Numbered from the stretch's first letter, positions 9,385-21,073 are shown. The stretch: DNA of 64,000 nucleotides from Candidatus Bathyarchaeota archaeon (GCA_963726255.1 CAVSBL010000002.1:384001-448000), one strand, 5' to 3'. Made by a program: numbers and translations. Notes: generated from the sequence alone by a model not told the origin.

Positions 9385-10257
9385 TTGCGTCCCAGGCCCT
9401 TCGAATACTACGCCCCATCCACCGTGAACGAAGCATTGACTCTTCTCTCCTCCAAAGAGGAAGCGAAGGTATTGGCAGGCGGGCAAAGTCTCGTCACCCT
9501 CATGAAGCTCCGTCTCGCAGCTCCCAAGGCTCTGATAGACATCAACGGAATCACGGAACTAGCGCACATACGTGAAGAAGGCGGAGTAATCGCTGTCGGT
9601 GCCCTGACTCGCTATGATCAACTTTCAGAGAGTAGCTTGATCCGTGAAAAGGTGCCCTTGCTCGCAGAGGCTGCGAGTATGGTTGCTGATCAGCAAGTCA
9701 GAAACCGAGGAACCATAGGAGGGTCACTGGCACACGCCGATCCAAGCGCTGATCTTCCAACGGCATGCACGGCCGCCGACGCGAAGATAGTCACAATGAG
9801 TCTCAATGGCTCGCGGTCGATAGAAATGTCAGATTTCTTCCGTGACTACTTCATAACCGCGCTTAGAGAGGACGAGATTGTCAAGGAAGTGAGAATTCCC
9901 ATTCCTCCTCAGCGATCAGGATCCGCATACCTGAAACTCACCAGGGGACACAACGATTTCGCAATCGTTTCCGTAGCGACTCAACTGACGGTCGACAACA
10001 ACCACCTGTGTCAAGCTGTGAATGTAGTCTTTGGAGGTGTTGCTCCCGCCCCCCTGCATGCGAAAGAGACTGAAATACTGCTGAAGAACCGCAAACCCGA
10101 CGAGAACTTGCTCAATGAGGCAGCTCAGGTCGCAGCAAACGGGTTGAGCCCAACTTCTGACATTAGGGCATCCGCCGACTACAAATTAGAGATGGCCAAG
10201 GTTCTGACGAAGAGGGCGCTCAAAACATCATTAGATCGGGCGATGGGAAGTGTTTGA
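9385..10257 (+). CDS. Xanthine dehydrogenase-family FAD subunit (CoxM/CutB-like)
   Basis: [33 protein letters not shown]; start inferred at TTG 9385. Confidence 0.93.
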   Translation: MRPRPFEYYAPSTVNEALTLLSSKEEAKVLAGGQSLVTLMKLRLAAPKALIDINGITELAHIREEGGVIAVGALTRYDQLSESSLIREKVPLLAEAASMVADQQVRNRGTIGGSLAHADPSADLPTACTAADAKIVTMSLNGSRSIEMSDFFRDYFITALREDEIVKEVRIPIPPQRSGSAYLKLTRGHNDFAIVSVATQLTVDNNHLCQAVNVVFGGVAPAPLHAKETEILLKNRKPDENLLNEAAQVAANGLSPTSDIRASADYKLEMAKVLTKRALKTSLDRAMGSV

Positions 10258-10744
10258 CTTGACGAACGAATCGACGATTAGCGTGAGAGTGAATGGTAAG
10301 CAGTATCGGCGCAGAATCGAATCTCGTATGTTACTCGTCGACTTTCTTCGCGATGAGTTGGGTCTGACTGGTACTCACATTGGGTGTGACACAGGTCACT
10401 GCGGCGCCTGCACCGTTCTAATGAATGGCGTGACCGTCAAGTCATGTCTGCTACTCGCAGCCCAGGCCAACAATGCTGACATTCAGACAATCGAAGGTCT
10501 AGCAGTTGAAAATGAGTTGCATCCAATTCAGGAAGCGTTCCTTGAACATAATGCTTTGCAGTGTGGTTACTGTACGCCGGGAATGATACTCTCAAGCCTA
10601 TTCCTGCTCGAGAGAAACCCGAACCCGAGCGACGAAGAGATCAGGAGGGGTATCGACGGAAATCTCTGTCGATGCACGGGTTATCTGAACATCGTGGAAG
10701 CTGTCAAGGCTGCGGCTTTCAAGATGAAGCGAACCGGCACTTAA
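10250..10744 (+). CDS. Xanthine dehydrogenase-family 2Fe-2S subunit (CoxS/CutC-like)
   Basis: [29 protein letters not shown]. Confidence 0.95.
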   Translation: MFDLTNESTISVRVNGKQYRRRIESRMLLVDFLRDELGLTGTHIGCDTGHCGACTVLMNGVTVKSCLLLAAQANNADIQTIEGLAVENELHPIQEAFLEHNALQCGYCTPGMILSSLFLLERNPNPSDEEIRRGIDGNLCRCTGYLNIVEAVKAAAFKMKRTGT

Positions 10745-10808
10745 GCCGTCTTTGTCTAAACTCTCGTAACGCACTGCGGGTTCAATCGCAAACTGGGCGA
10801 GCACGGGC

Positions 10809-11267
10809 TCATTCAAGCTGTATCTTCACGCACTCGAAGACTCCCGTCACGGTCTTATTCGCGGTATCCTTCATCATTCGTTGTCCGAGGCCAGCCATCA
10901 TACCGCCCACCTTTACGTCTGATTTGTAGGAAATCGCACTTCCTCCAGGAATTTCCTTAAGCTCAATCGTGGTGTCCAAATTGATGCTGCCCCCTGAACC
11001 GCTGCCGACCGCCTTGAGTCGTACATGACTTATTGGTTGCTTGTCCACAATTTCGATTCTGAATTTGAAGTCTGCCCTTATAGGCCCGACTCCGACGCGG
11101 ATGATCGCGGTAAACTCGTTCTCATTTTCGACGTCCAAACTCTTGAGATCGGGTAGGCACCTGCCCATTGTAGTAGGGTCAGTGATGAATTCCCATAGCT
11201 TTTCTCGCGGCGCAGTGAACTCATAGGTTCCTTCGGTAATCATGCCCAATCCTTCACGAGGCACCAT
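10809..11267 (-). CDS. coxG: CoxG / SRPBCC-family protein
   Basis: APREKLWEFITDP..CLP...VGVGPI...VGGMMAGLGQRMM. Confidence 0.85.
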   Translation of the reverse strand: MVPREGLGMITEGTYEFTAPREKLWEFITDPTTMGRCLPDLKSLDVENENEFTAIIRVGVGPIRADFKFRIEIVDKQPISHVRLKAVGSGSGGSINLDTTIELKEIPGGSAISYKSDVKVGGMMAGLGQRMMKDTANKTVTGVFECVKIQLE

Positions 11268-11378
11268 GACGCAATATTTGTTTCAGACTTGGACCTGTTG
11301 CCAGACAACGGGTCCGCCGGCGCACGTAATTGGTTTGTTGGGTGGTCTGCTTCAAGTCTAACGATGATGCTCTTGGTC

Positions 11379-11666
11379 TCATTTCAGTTCTTGGAGTCTG
11401 TCCTCCTCGAGCTTGCGGAGAATAGCTAAGCCGAGGGGAGTGAGGGAAAGGAATTTGTGGTCGCTTGAATTCGACTGTTCGACGAAGCCCTGGTTCGTGA
11501 GAGTCTGAATTGCCCCTGCGAGGTTTTGAGCCATCTCATTCGGCAATTCCGTTTGCAGACTGCTCTCGTCAACCCCGTTCTTTCCTATGCCCTTGAGTTT
11601 CCATATGGCTAGGAGTACTCGTTGCTCGAGGTCTGCGAGGCCGCTCGTTTCGGGCATGGGTGGCAT
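11379..11666 (-). CDS. Small winged-helix protein
   Basis: LTNQGFVE...LSLTPLGLAIL wing motif. Confidence 0.65.
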   Translation of the reverse strand: MPPMPETSGLADLEQRVLLAIWKLKGIGKNGVDESSLQTELPNEMAQNLAGAIQTLTNQGFVEQSNSSDHKFLSLTPLGLAILRKLEEDRLQELK

Positions 11667-11769
11667 GGGTAACTACCTCTGATTTATCCATCTTCCATAT
11701 GAAACTATAGTGTATGGAAAAGCGAACATTAATATACCAACCTCTTTCCCATAGCTACCTGAACAACCA

Positions 11770-12450
11770 ATGGCAGCCGACGAAGCTACAGCATTCATGG
11801 AAGTTCTATCGAAGAGCCCACAATTCAAAGTCCTCACTATACTCGCCCAACGGCCACAAGAGGAACTAACGAAGACCGAGATCGCACAGAAGGCCGGAAT
11901 CGGGCGAACGACACTCTACCGAGTGTGGAACGACCTCGAACGAATGAAAGCCATAGCGCCTTCACGCCACGTTGGCGCAGTAACCCTGTACCGAATGAAC
12001 TCGCAAAGCCCGGTCGTACAATCATTCCTTAGCATAACCAAGAGCCTCACGACGGTCACAGACGCGGTCTCGAGGATAGAGCAACTTCGCAAACTACAGG
12101 ACTCGGCTAGGTCCGAATTCGGAGAAACCGTGCCAGCTGGGCCGAGCCTATTAGTGAAGCTCCTCAGAGCGAACGCCGTCTCGGCCGAGAGTGCGAAGCC
12201 AAAAGTAGATCTGCAGTTATCTTCGAACGAGGCAGAGGCGGTACGCGGACTCGCCAGCGCTGGCTTAGTATTCGAAAACGGCGCAAGCTTCTACCTTAGT
12301 CAACTCGGAGCACAAACCGCTCAGGGCGCAGCTAAGATATGGGCCGCAGAGAGTTCAGAATCATTGGACCAAGCAATCTCAACTGCGCGAATAGCTTTGA
12401 ATCTCATAAACCAAGAGATTAGGAAACTCAAAACTCAAGTACCGAAGTAA
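11770..12450 (+). CDS. HTH/winged-helix protein with two wHTH-like segments
   Basis: LTKTEIAQKAGIGRTTLYRVWNDL; second segment LASAGLVFE...YLSQLG. Confidence 0.75.
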   Translation: MAADEATAFMEVLSKSPQFKVLTILAQRPQEELTKTEIAQKAGIGRTTLYRVWNDLERMKAIAPSRHVGAVTLYRMNSQSPVVQSFLSITKSLTTVTDAVSRIEQLRKLQDSARSEFGETVPAGPSLLVKLLRANAVSAESAKPKVDLQLSSNEAEAVRGLASAGLVFENGASFYLSQLGAQTAQGAAKIWAAESSESLDQAISTARIALNLINQEIRKLKTQVPK

Positions 12451-12542
12451 AGCAATCGGTTCGCGTCCTTCACCGTTTCTTCGAATTTTCTGTGATGTCT
12501 TATCGGAGAAACTTTAAGTTACACGATTGCTTCGTGTCAGTT

Positions 12543-14198
12543 ATGCCGACAGATACGAGGTACCTTTTCATCACCGGCGGCGTCATGTCCGGAATAGGCA
12601 AAGGCATAACCACCGCTTCAATCGCAAAACTTCTGCAACTCAGGGGCTTCAAAGTTTCTGCAATGAAGATCGACCCGTACCTGAATGTTGACGCCGGGAC
12701 AATGAATCCTGTAACCCATGGTGAAGTCTTTGTTACGGAGGACGGCGGCGAGATTGACATGGACTTGGGCACGTATGAGAGGTTCCTCGACATCAATCTA
12801 TCACGAAGCCACAACTCCACGACTGGCCAAATCTACACCACAGTCATAAACAAAGAACGACGTGGTGATTTTCTCGGCCAATGCGTCCAAATCATCCCTC
12901 ACATAACCGATGAAATCAAGTCAGTTGTCAGGGGCATCGCGGAGAAGGCGCGCCCGGACGTTCTTCTCGTAGAAGTAGGAGGCACCGTCGGAGACATTGA
13001 AAGCCTCCCCTACCTCGAGGCCGCACGCCAACTGAGACTCGAGGAGGGAAATCAGAAGGTCCTCTTCGCTCACGTCACACTCGTTCCAGTGCTAGACGTC
13101 GTAGGCGAACAGAAAACGAAACCGACACAACACAGCGTACAGGAGCTGCGAAGGATAGGTATTCAGCCCGACCTCATCGTGGCCCGAACCAAAGGGTCAC
13201 TTAACCCAAATCCTCGAAAGAAGATAGCTCTTTTCTGCAACGTCGAGGAGCGCGCAGTCTTCGCATCGCCAGACCTCTCAAGCATATATCAAACCCCAAT
13301 CGAACTTGACTCACAAGGTATGGGAGTTTTTCTAGCTGAGCGATTCGCTCTAGGCAAGCGCGAAGCCGATTGGACGCCGTGGAAGCGGGTCGTTGACAGG
13401 CTCTCAAACCCAGGTCAAGTTGTTCGCATTGCACTCTGCGGAAAATACGCTGAGCTGGCCGATTCCTATGTGAGCGTAAACGAGGCTTTGAAGCATGCTG
13501 GCGGAGCTTGCGACGCACGAGTCGAAATTGAGTGGATTGAAACCGAATTGTTCGAGAAGGATGCTTCCAATTGCTCAATACTCTCTCGCTTTAACGGAGT
13601 CCTAATACCCGGTGGATTCGGATCCCGCGGCACTGAAGGGAAGATAGCTGCACTGTCCTATGCGCGGGAGAGCAATATCCCCACACTCGGGATATGCTTC
13701 GGCTTCCAGCTAGCCGTTGTAGAATTCTGCAGGCACATCGGCCTTAAGAATGCGAACAGCGCCGAAATCGACCCCAAAACCCCTCACCCCGTCATCAATC
13801 TCATGCCTGAGCAGCTGGGTGTGGATTCGAAAGGTGCAACGATGCGGCTGGGTGCGCATGAAGTGCGCATCACACCGAACACTACTGCGAGCTTCCTATA
13901 CGGCCGCGAGATAGTATCGGAGAGGCACAGGCACAGGTGGGAGGTAAACCCTGACTATATTGACCGAATTGTAAGAGCGGGAGGAGTATTCTCAGGGCGG
14001 AGTATGGACGGGAGAAGGATGGAGATATTTGAGCTACCTGGCAAATTCTTTTACATGGGGACCCAATTCCACGCCGAATTCAAATCCAGGCCTGCCAGGC
14101 CTTCGCCGCCGTACTACGGCTTGATTAAGGCTGCGCTCGACAAGAAGTTAGGGAAGCCTTCACCGGAACTAGTGCCGTTAATCCGAGAAGCTGCCTAA
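12543..14198 (+). CDS. pyrG: CTP synthase
   Basis: [51 protein letters not shown]. Confidence 0.98.
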   Translation: MPTDTRYLFITGGVMSGIGKGITTASIAKLLQLRGFKVSAMKIDPYLNVDAGTMNPVTHGEVFVTEDGGEIDMDLGTYERFLDINLSRSHNSTTGQIYTTVINKERRGDFLGQCVQIIPHITDEIKSVVRGIAEKARPDVLLVEVGGTVGDIESLPYLEAARQLRLEEGNQKVLFAHVTLVPVLDVVGEQKTKPTQHSVQELRRIGIQPDLIVARTKGSLNPNPRKKIALFCNVEERAVFASPDLSSIYQTPIELDSQGMGVFLAERFALGKREADWTPWKRVVDRLSNPGQVVRIALCGKYAELADSYVSVNEALKHAGGACDARVEIEWIETELFEKDASNCSILSRFNGVLIPGGFGSRGTEGKIAALSYARESNIPTLGICFGFQLAVVEFCRHIGLKNANSAEIDPKTPHPVINLMPEQLGVDSKGATMRLGAHEVRITPNTTASFLYGREIVSERHRHRWEVNPDYIDRIVRAGGVFSGRSMDGRRMEIFELPGKFFYMGTQFHAEFKSRPARPSPPYYGLIKAALDKKLGKPSPELVPLIREAA

Positions 14199-14211
14199 CT
14201 GAACCCGACAA

Positions 14212-15069
14212 TCATCCTTTGTCCAAGAACCCTAGTGCATAGTTAGCTTCCCGCCTGTCAATCCGAGGAATCTCTCCGAAGAACATGCGGTAACCATAAC
14301 TCATCGTTCGAAACCCATTCTTTCCGAGGAGGGCGAAGGCCGGGTGATGTTGAAAGCATGAAACTTCGACTGGTTTTCCGGTTGTCTTGGCTAGGGCTAG
14401 ACTAAGCATCTCTCTTGGCTGGCCGTTCGGCGGGTCAATGCAGATCCATGGCCCGAGCTCGAACATATCCTTGAATTTCTTGACTAGCAAGTAAGAGCCG
14501 GCATTGGGGCCGTTGGAACAGCCGAGGTACCATGCAGTCTTAGTTCGAAGCACCATTCGGATTAGTTTCGATCGGTCAGCGCCGAATGCTTTCTTGTCGC
14601 TGGCCAAGACCGAACGCAGGGGTAGCCTTTGGTAAGTGGCACTTGCACTTGCGGGGGGAGTGGAAGGGAATGGTTTCGGTTTTCGTCTCAGTCTGACGAA
14701 CGGGGCATCACTTACGAAGCCTAGCCTGCGATAGAAGGTGACGTTTTCGTTGAAGCAATAGAGAGCGATGTGTTCGGCCTTTGACCGATGCAGGTATTCT
14801 ACCGCTTTCTGGACCAAAGAGTGTCCGATGCGTTTTCCTCGGTGTTTTCTGTCCACAATTACGTTCCCAATCCAAGCAAGTTCTCTACCGTACCGCGTCG
14901 TTGTGATTAGGCCGATTCTGTGGGGGCCTTCGTTGGCAATGAAACTTCCCGCGGGATTCAGCTTCAGAATTCTGGTGAGGTCGCTACGTGTGACGCCCCA
15001 TTTTTCTTGGTCCGTCAGCCTAATGGCAAATGGAATGTCTTCGAAGCGCATCGTCCTGATTTGCAACAT
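14212..15069 (-). CDS. GNAT-family acetyltransferase (two-domain, YitH-like)
   Basis: WIGNVIVDRKHRGKRIG; FYRRLGF. Confidence 0.85.
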   Translation of the reverse strand: MLQIRTMRFEDIPFAIRLTDQEKWGVTRSDLTRILKLNPAGSFIANEGPHRIGLITTTRYGRELAWIGNVIVDRKHRGKRIGHSLVQKAVEYLHRSKAEHIALYCFNENVTFYRRLGFVSDAPFVRLRRKPKPFPSTPPASASATYQRLPLRSVLASDKKAFGADRSKLIRMVLRTKTAWYLGCSNGPNAGSYLLVKKFKDMFELGPWICIDPPNGQPREMLSLALAKTTGKPVEVSCFQHHPAFALLGKNGFRTMSYGYRMFFGEIPRIDRREANYALGFLDKG

Positions 15070-15089
15070 TGCCGGCAGCTTCGGTGGGG

Positions 15090-16406
15090 CTATGGATAGA
15101 TTCGGTTTATCAAACGTGGAAAGGCGATCGCGTCCCTGATGTGTTCTAGCTTACAAATCCAGGCGAGTGTTCTCTCGACCCCCATCCCGAAACCCGAGTG
15201 TGGGACGGTACCATAGCGCCGTAGGTCCACATACCACTTGTAGTCTTCAGCGCTCAGCCCTTCCTCTTTGATTCTTGAAAGGAGCTGTTTTAGGTCGTGG
15301 ATGCGTTGGCCCCCACCCGTGATCTCCCCGTACCCTTCGGGTGCGAGTAAGTCCGTCGAGAGTGTTACCTTGGGGTTCTTCGGGTCGGGCATGTGGTAGA
15401 ATGCTTTAACGCTTTTCGGGAAGTGGCTAACGAAGAATGGAAGGGCAAAGTGTTCGGTAAGCACTTTCTCTTCTTCGTAGGCTATGTCCGTTCCCCATTT
15501 GAAGCCGGATCTAGATTTTCCGATCAACTCAACGGCTTCGTCGTATGTTATTCTGGGAAACGGAGGTTTAACCTTCGCAAGTTCTTCAGGGTCGCGTCCG
15601 ATGGACTTTAGCTCCTCGGGCATCTTCTCTCGAATCTGTTGGCACATGTGGGTGACCAGTTCCTCTTCGAGGCGCATGAGGCCATCGAGCTCCATCCAAG
15701 GTGCTTCCACTTCAAGGTGCCAGTATTCAGTCAAGTGCCTTCTAGTTCTCGACTTCTCTGCACGGAATGATGGTGCGAGCGTGAAGATTTTTCCTACGCT
15801 AGAAATCATTGCTTCAGCGTACAGCTGCCAGCTTTGCGTTAGGTAGGCTTTCTCGTCGAAATACTTGACAGAGAAAAGTGTCGAACCACCTTCAACCGCC
15901 GCAGTTACCAGTATTGGAACTTGAACTTCTAGGTAACCGTGATCGATGAGCCATCTGCGCGCTTCATCAATAAGGCGCCCACGCACTCGCATAATCGCCT
16001 GCATCTTCTGGCTTCTCAACCATAGGTGCCTGTGGTCTAGAAGGAAATCTGGTCCATGAAGACGCCGACTCTTTTCGGCTGCAATCGGAAACCCTTCTTC
16101 CGCCGCGAAGGCCACCGTGACTTTCTCCACCTGGATCTCATAGCCACGAGGTGCACGCGGGTCTTTCTTGACTTCACCGGAAATTTCGATTGTACTCTCT
16201 ATGGGAGTGGCGCTTAACCGCTCGAATTCCGCGGCATCCACCTTATCCTTCTTCAAGGTGCACTGTATCACGCCAGTACCGTCCCGCAATTGAAGGAAGA
16301 GTATGCCGCCGCTACTTCGTATGTGGTGCAGCCACCCCTTGAACACAACATGTGCGCCGTCGAGCTTTCCTGAGAAAATATCCGTGATAGTAGGGACCTC
16401 ATCCAA
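15090..16406 (-). CDS. asnS: Asparagine--tRNA ligase
   Basis: OB-fold FLQLRDGTG; AYLTQSWQLY; FRAEKSRTRRHLTE; RYGTVPHSGFGMGVER. Confidence 0.95.
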   Translation of the reverse strand: MDEVPTITDIFSGKLDGAHVVFKGWLHHIRSSGGILFLQLRDGTGVIQCTLKKDKVDAAEFERLSATPIESTIEISGEVKKDPRAPRGYEIQVEKVTVAFAAEEGFPIAAEKSRRLHGPDFLLDHRHLWLRSQKMQAIMRVRGRLIDEARRWLIDHGYLEVQVPILVTAAVEGGSTLFSVKYFDEKAYLTQSWQLYAEAMISSVGKIFTLAPSFRAEKSRTRRHLTEYWHLEVEAPWMELDGLMRLEEELVTHMCQQIREKMPEELKSIGRDPEELAKVKPPFPRITYDEAVELIGKSRSGFKWGTDIAYEEEKVLTEHFALPFFVSHFPKSVKAFYHMPDPKNPKVTLSTDLLAPEGYGEITGGGQRIHDLKQLLSRIKEEGLSAEDYKWYVDLRRYGTVPHSGFGMGVERTLAWICKLEHIRDAIAFPRLINRIYP

Positions 16407-16588
16407 CGCATGAACCTCCTAGAGAAATTGTCGGTACCACGGAGTCTAATGTATGTAAACTACGGGCGAAGGTTTGACTGGTTAAAGCCGTCACCCATGG
16501 GTCGGGCACCGGCGCAAATCAACGCTCCCTTCGTATTTAAATCGATTCGAGGGGGCACCTTCCAGGGACTGATATCGACGCCAATCGG

Positions 16589-18474
16589 TTAGCGTCCTGC
16601 GGTTATGAATTTCTCTAACTCAGTTTCCGAGTTATCCGCGGTTATGAATATGGGGACATTCTCCATCCCAGTCGCGATATAGCTAGAAAGCAACCATTGG
16701 CCAGGAGCAAATTCTAGTGTCTTCTCAAGAATACTCTGATCAATTGTGAACGTGCTGCTCACTAGGCTTCGGTCATAAGGCCGCGGTAGGGGACCTACGA
16801 AGTATGTGTGCAATTGTTGCAAGGCGTTCGTGTTGAGGTACGCAATTCTCTGAGTTGCGACGCATCCACCCAACCCATACTTTCTTCCTTGTCTTAGTAA
16901 TGTCTCTATGCGCTGTGTGCAAGTCGAGTCTATCCCCCTCGCCTTCTCGTAGGCCGGAATGAACTCTTGAGCCTCATCAAAGACGAAGAGAACCTGTGGA
17001 TCGACCTGAAATTCGCGCTTCCTGTGCCGCAACATGTCGGAGGTCAGCGTGATGGCCAGCTGTTTAATTACACTGGGTTCCGCGATTGAAAGACACAAAA
17101 GCCTCACGTCGCCTTCGAGAAGCTGGGCTATTCTTTCACTCCCGAAAGATTTGTCATCTTTCACTTTCTCTTCGGGTTCAATGAGTGTTGCGAGTTCAGA
17201 TCGTGTTGAAGCCCACGCGTAGAGCCCACTGTTCTTCCACACCCTGAACCTGTCAAGAATGCTTAGCGCCTCAGTTTGCAAGTATTCAAGAAACGGCTGC
17301 GTTACGGTCTGTGAACGTTCCGCATGCTTGTCCTTGACCCATTGCAACACCTTAAGCCTGATCTGGTTAATCGCGTTTAGATTTACTGCCTTCTTTACAT
17401 CGTCCATGGCCAGGAGCTTGATTTCTTCAAGTATGTCTTCATAGGCTGGTGGATGTTCGCTTCCTTCCGCAAATGGCCCACACGCCCCATCGCGAGAATC
17501 GACTTCAAAGTCGGCGTGACGTCCGCTTTTTCGAACTTTCTTGGAGTCACGATGATCTTCCTGAAATGTTCAGCGTCCGCGATGGGGACCTCGGTAATTA
17601 TCTTGCTGCTAATCGACCTATCAGAAAAGACGTCCTGAAGCAGGAAAGGATACTCCATCGAGATGTCGAAGATGACAACTTTAGTTGTCTTCGTGTGGTA
17701 CATTATCCTTCGTAGGATGTTGGAGACTAGGTTGCTCTTTCCACCACCCGTGAAAGAGAAGATCCCGAAGTGATATCTGGCCAGCCTTTCGAAGCTGACG
17801 TAGATTGGAATCCGGTCCTTCTCCTCTTGGAACATTTTGATTACGCCAATCCTTGGGTCTTTACGGGCTTCAGCAATGGTTGAGATTCTATTCTCGTTCC
17901 AAGTTAGGCCAAGTTCTTCGAGCAGTCGTCGGTTGTACATCCTGTGAATGGTGTTCTTGCTTAGGATGAATACGCGTTCACCCACAATTGGATAGGTGAA
18001 GCCTTTCAGATACTCTTGGTCAAGGCCGGACAGAATCAAATCATAGTTGAGGGGAATGGCCGCTAGTTGGATCATCATGGTTGCCTTATCGTCTGTATCC
18101 CAGTCTGAGACACTCTGTTCGATTATCTCAAATTGGTAGGGGTAGTAGCTCTGGTCGGAGAGCCCTCTTAGTCCGAAGTGCTCTGGTCCGATGCGCGAAA
18201 TTTCGAGGAGCGTGAAGCGGTTGCCGTCGTGTTTCTTTGCTTTGAAGTTGCGCACCGCCAGCAGCATACCCTCTTCGAGAAGGCCCATCAAGTCTTTCTG
18301 GTACTGTGCTTTCACACGGCATTCGTATTTTGCTGAGAAGCCTGTCGTCTCAGCCGAAAGCTCAGCTCGTCTTATGGCCAAAACTGCCGATAATCTCGCA
18401 TCGAACCGATTGTCCAGGTCTGTGAAGTGGCGATTAAGCTCTTCTTGCACTTTCGACTTCGCTCCTTCTTGCAC
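16589..18474 (-). CDS. HerA-like (DUF87) ATPase; reading frame broken near 17451
   Basis: N-terminal HAS-like region, HFGIFSFTGGGKSN Walker A, VFDEAQEF Walker B, LRQGRKYGLG, ATQR; adding one base at GG 17451-17452 fuses the two ORFs (EANIPPAYEDILEEIK). Confidence 0.85.
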
Positions 18475-20290
18475 GAAAAGTGTTCATGTAGAATGAAAAC
18501 TTCCTAAGCTTTGGATGGGTTACCAGCCAGTGGCCAGTGGCTTTGACTATTTCTGCTGCGCGGTCCCTCTGCTCCTTGACGATCTTGTCAGCAATGTACA
18601 GGGGTTTGTTGTGCCCAAAGATCTCGGGGATGCTTTGTTGTGTCATCGCCTTCAGCGTTACCATGGCGAGCTCTTGGACATGATTCGCCAACAGTTTCGA
18701 GTCCCAGAGGACAGGGTGTATCTCCTCTGTGGTGCTTGCGTATTCATGCTTGAGTTTCAATGTGGGAGCGTTTTCGGTATCATGGTACAAACGGTCAATG
18801 AACAGGACGTTGCTTCTGAATTGGTCATCAGACTTGGCTTTGTCGAGTTGGATGTAGGATTTCACGAACCGTTGCTCAAGGATGATACGGTTGCTGATCG
18901 CTCCAGAAACGTAGGTCATTCTATGCTGAAAGTCAGGGACTATTGTCTGAAAGGCAGTGTCGTACTCAAGCGTAGCCCAAGGTATGGGTAACTCGTTGTG
19001 ATGAAACATGCTGATGGCCTGCAGCAGCATTCGGTCGGTCGTCGCCACATGCTTCACTCTTTGGGTCCAAATTCCCTGGTTAAGTGATACTGGAATGAGG
19101 TGGTTGATGAGATCCCTTGCTGTCGTGTCTTTCGTAATGCCGAGCAGCAGAATATGGTTTCCTTGCGATTCTTCTATCAGAAGGTTGAAAGCGAATAGGC
19201 AAAGGAACGCAAGGTCAAGCGTTGTCACCCACCGGGTTTCAGCGTCATTAGAGATCCGGAGTGGGTTTCCTGTGCTACTGGCAAAGAATCGGACGCCGAA
19301 CAGTTCGACCAGTTTTCGCAGGCGGTTCCATGTCTTGGAATATCGGGGGTTCGCGCTGTACTTTCCATCAGACTCTTGGAGGTAGCCCTCCTGAGTTGAC
19401 TTTTTGATGAAGCGGGTCAATCGGGTGATTTGATCTTTGGCATTGTAATTCAGTTCATTCGCAATCTCGGATACGCTCAGCGGTTTGTTGCTTTTCTGCA
19501 ACAGGAAGACAGTGGAATAGCGGAGGTAATCCCCTCGTGGTGGTAAGGAGTCGTCTAATTTTGGTGTGCGATATCTACTGTAGGCTAAGTCTTGCTCGTC
19601 AATTGGAACGTTATCAATCTCAAGACCGAAGATTGCGCATTGACGTTTCCACAGGGGACGCTTTGCAGTATCGTATATCAGGTTGCTCAAAGTTCCGGAG
19701 AGGGACCTGTCGAGAAGAATGATCTTGTACTCCTTTGTTTTCGCAAGCTGGTATGCGAGGTAGATTTCTGAGAATAGCATTATCCAATCTGCAATCGTCG
19801 AGTTGTCAACGGTCGACTCCTCCGTCATCGGTCCGGAAATAGTGACTTGCTGCCCCCCCTTCTGTGATGTTGATTGCGGGTCAACTTCGGGGAGTGCGTC
19901 GATGTAGATTGGGACACAGCTCGCTAGACCTTGACCCCTTTCGACGAAGCCTGTATCGTATTCCACCTCGGGCTTCTGATCCTTGTGAAAGGTGATTGAC
20001 CCTGTTGCGGCATAAGAGCCAGCCCAGAACACAGCCAGCCCTCCTAGCAATTTCTGGTCCTCCGATCCGTCCACCGCCGCGAATCGGACTTTGTCTGCGC
20101 TAAACATTTTCAGAGCAGTTTCATACGAGCGATCAAATCTGAACTCAGTAACCAGTAACTCGCGGATGAGGGGCCAATAGTTATCGCTTGCTGTTTGAAG
20201 CCGTCCCTCACTTTCTCCGACTTGGTCTTCGGCACCATCCTTGAGAATCTGTCCGAGTCTCTTGACGCTCATGCTGAGAGGGGAGGACAA
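18434..20290 (-). CDS. Long NurA-family nuclease with inserted wHTH
   Basis: FAAVDGS, IILLDRSL, GITKD, GHNKPLYIADK motifs; adjacent to HerA. Confidence 0.8.
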   Translation of the reverse strand: MSSPLSMSVKRLGQILKDGAEDQVGESEGRLQTASDNYWPLIRELLVTEFRFDRSYETALKMFSADKVRFAAVDGSEDQKLLGGLAVFWAGSYAATGSITFHKDQKPEVEYDTGFVERGQGLASCVPIYIDALPEVDPQSTSQKGGQQVTISGPMTEESTVDNSTIADWIMLFSEIYLAYQLAKTKEYKIILLDRSLSGTLSNLIYDTAKRPLWKRQCAIFGLEIDNVPIDEQDLAYSRYRTPKLDDSLPPRGDYLRYSTVFLLQKSNKPLSVSEIANELNYNAKDQITRLTRFIKKSTQEGYLQESDGKYSANPRYSKTWNRLRKLVELFGVRFFASSTGNPLRISNDAETRWVTTLDLAFLCLFAFNLLIEESQGNHILLLGITKDTTARDLINHLIPVSLNQGIWTQRVKHVATTDRMLLQAISMFHHNELPIPWATLEYDTAFQTIVPDFQHRMTYVSGAISNRIILEQRFVKSYIQLDKAKSDDQFRSNVLFIDRLYHDTENAPTLKLKHEYASTTEEIHPVLWDSKLLANHVQELAMVTLKAMTQQSIPEIFGHNKPLYIADKIVKEQRDRAAEIVKATGHWLVTHPKLRKFSFYMNTFRARRSEVESARRA

Positions 20291-20491
20291 TCTGAATCAA
20301 CCTAGGTTTGGTCAGTTTCACTAAAGTGGGTTATGTCTGATGCTACTCGTTGAGGAACAGGGGAGGAGAAAGTAAGTAATTGTGAGCAGCAAGGCTCACA
20401 GCAAAGACGGTGTTGCTTACAAATGAAGCCCTAGCCTATATGGGCGGCCTTTAATTCATGAAGCTACAAATAACTGGTCCGAAATGTATCG

Positions 20492-21073
20492 GTGGTTGTT
20501 TTGTCTTCGTCTGATCAACAATTAACCAAGAAACTCGCTGAAATGAAGACCTTCCTGGAGCGGCGCCTAAAGCAGCAGGAGGAGGAAGTAGGATACCTGC
20601 GCTCCTTCTTAGAAGTCGTAGATTCCCTCCTCGCAGAGAGAAGTTTCAGACCGGTTGAAATCGGCACACCAACTGAAACGACCGCGGTGAAACCAAAGGT
20701 CGTCGCTAGAACAGGGGATAGTGTTCCCATCATGACTGTTGATGGCGTGCGAATCGGGTCTATTCAGATTGAACAAGGCGCTCTACACGTAACCCCTGAG
20801 CCCAATGTTAGCTTGGATTCTGATTCGCCGCCCCTCCGGTCATTTCTGTTAGCCAAGGTTCTTGAACCTATGCAAGGGAAAGACAAGGAAGCGGCTTCCG
20901 CGGGGGTTATTCTACCGGATCGCATCCTCACTTACAACGTTGAGCAGGAAGACGGTCGACTGAAGGTCATTCATATACAGAATTACGGTGACGACCGCCG
21001 CCTCCTCGAACTGAAGAATGCGATAAGGTGGACCTTGCGAAGAATGTACGAGAAAACAGGCAGCAAGAAATGA
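20492..21073 (+). CDS. Hypothetical protein with N-terminal coiled coil
   Basis: Long open frame with an upstream AT-rich promoter-like region. Confidence 0.7.
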   Translation: MVVLSSSDQQLTKKLAEMKTFLERRLKQQEEEVGYLRSFLEVVDSLLAERSFRPVEIGTPTETTAVKPKVVARTGDSVPIMTVDGVRIGSIQIEQGALHVTPEPNVSLDSDSPPLRSFLLAKVLEPMQGKDKEAASAGVILPDRILTYNVEQEDGRLKVIHIQNYGDDRRLLELKNAIRWTLRRMYEKTGSKK

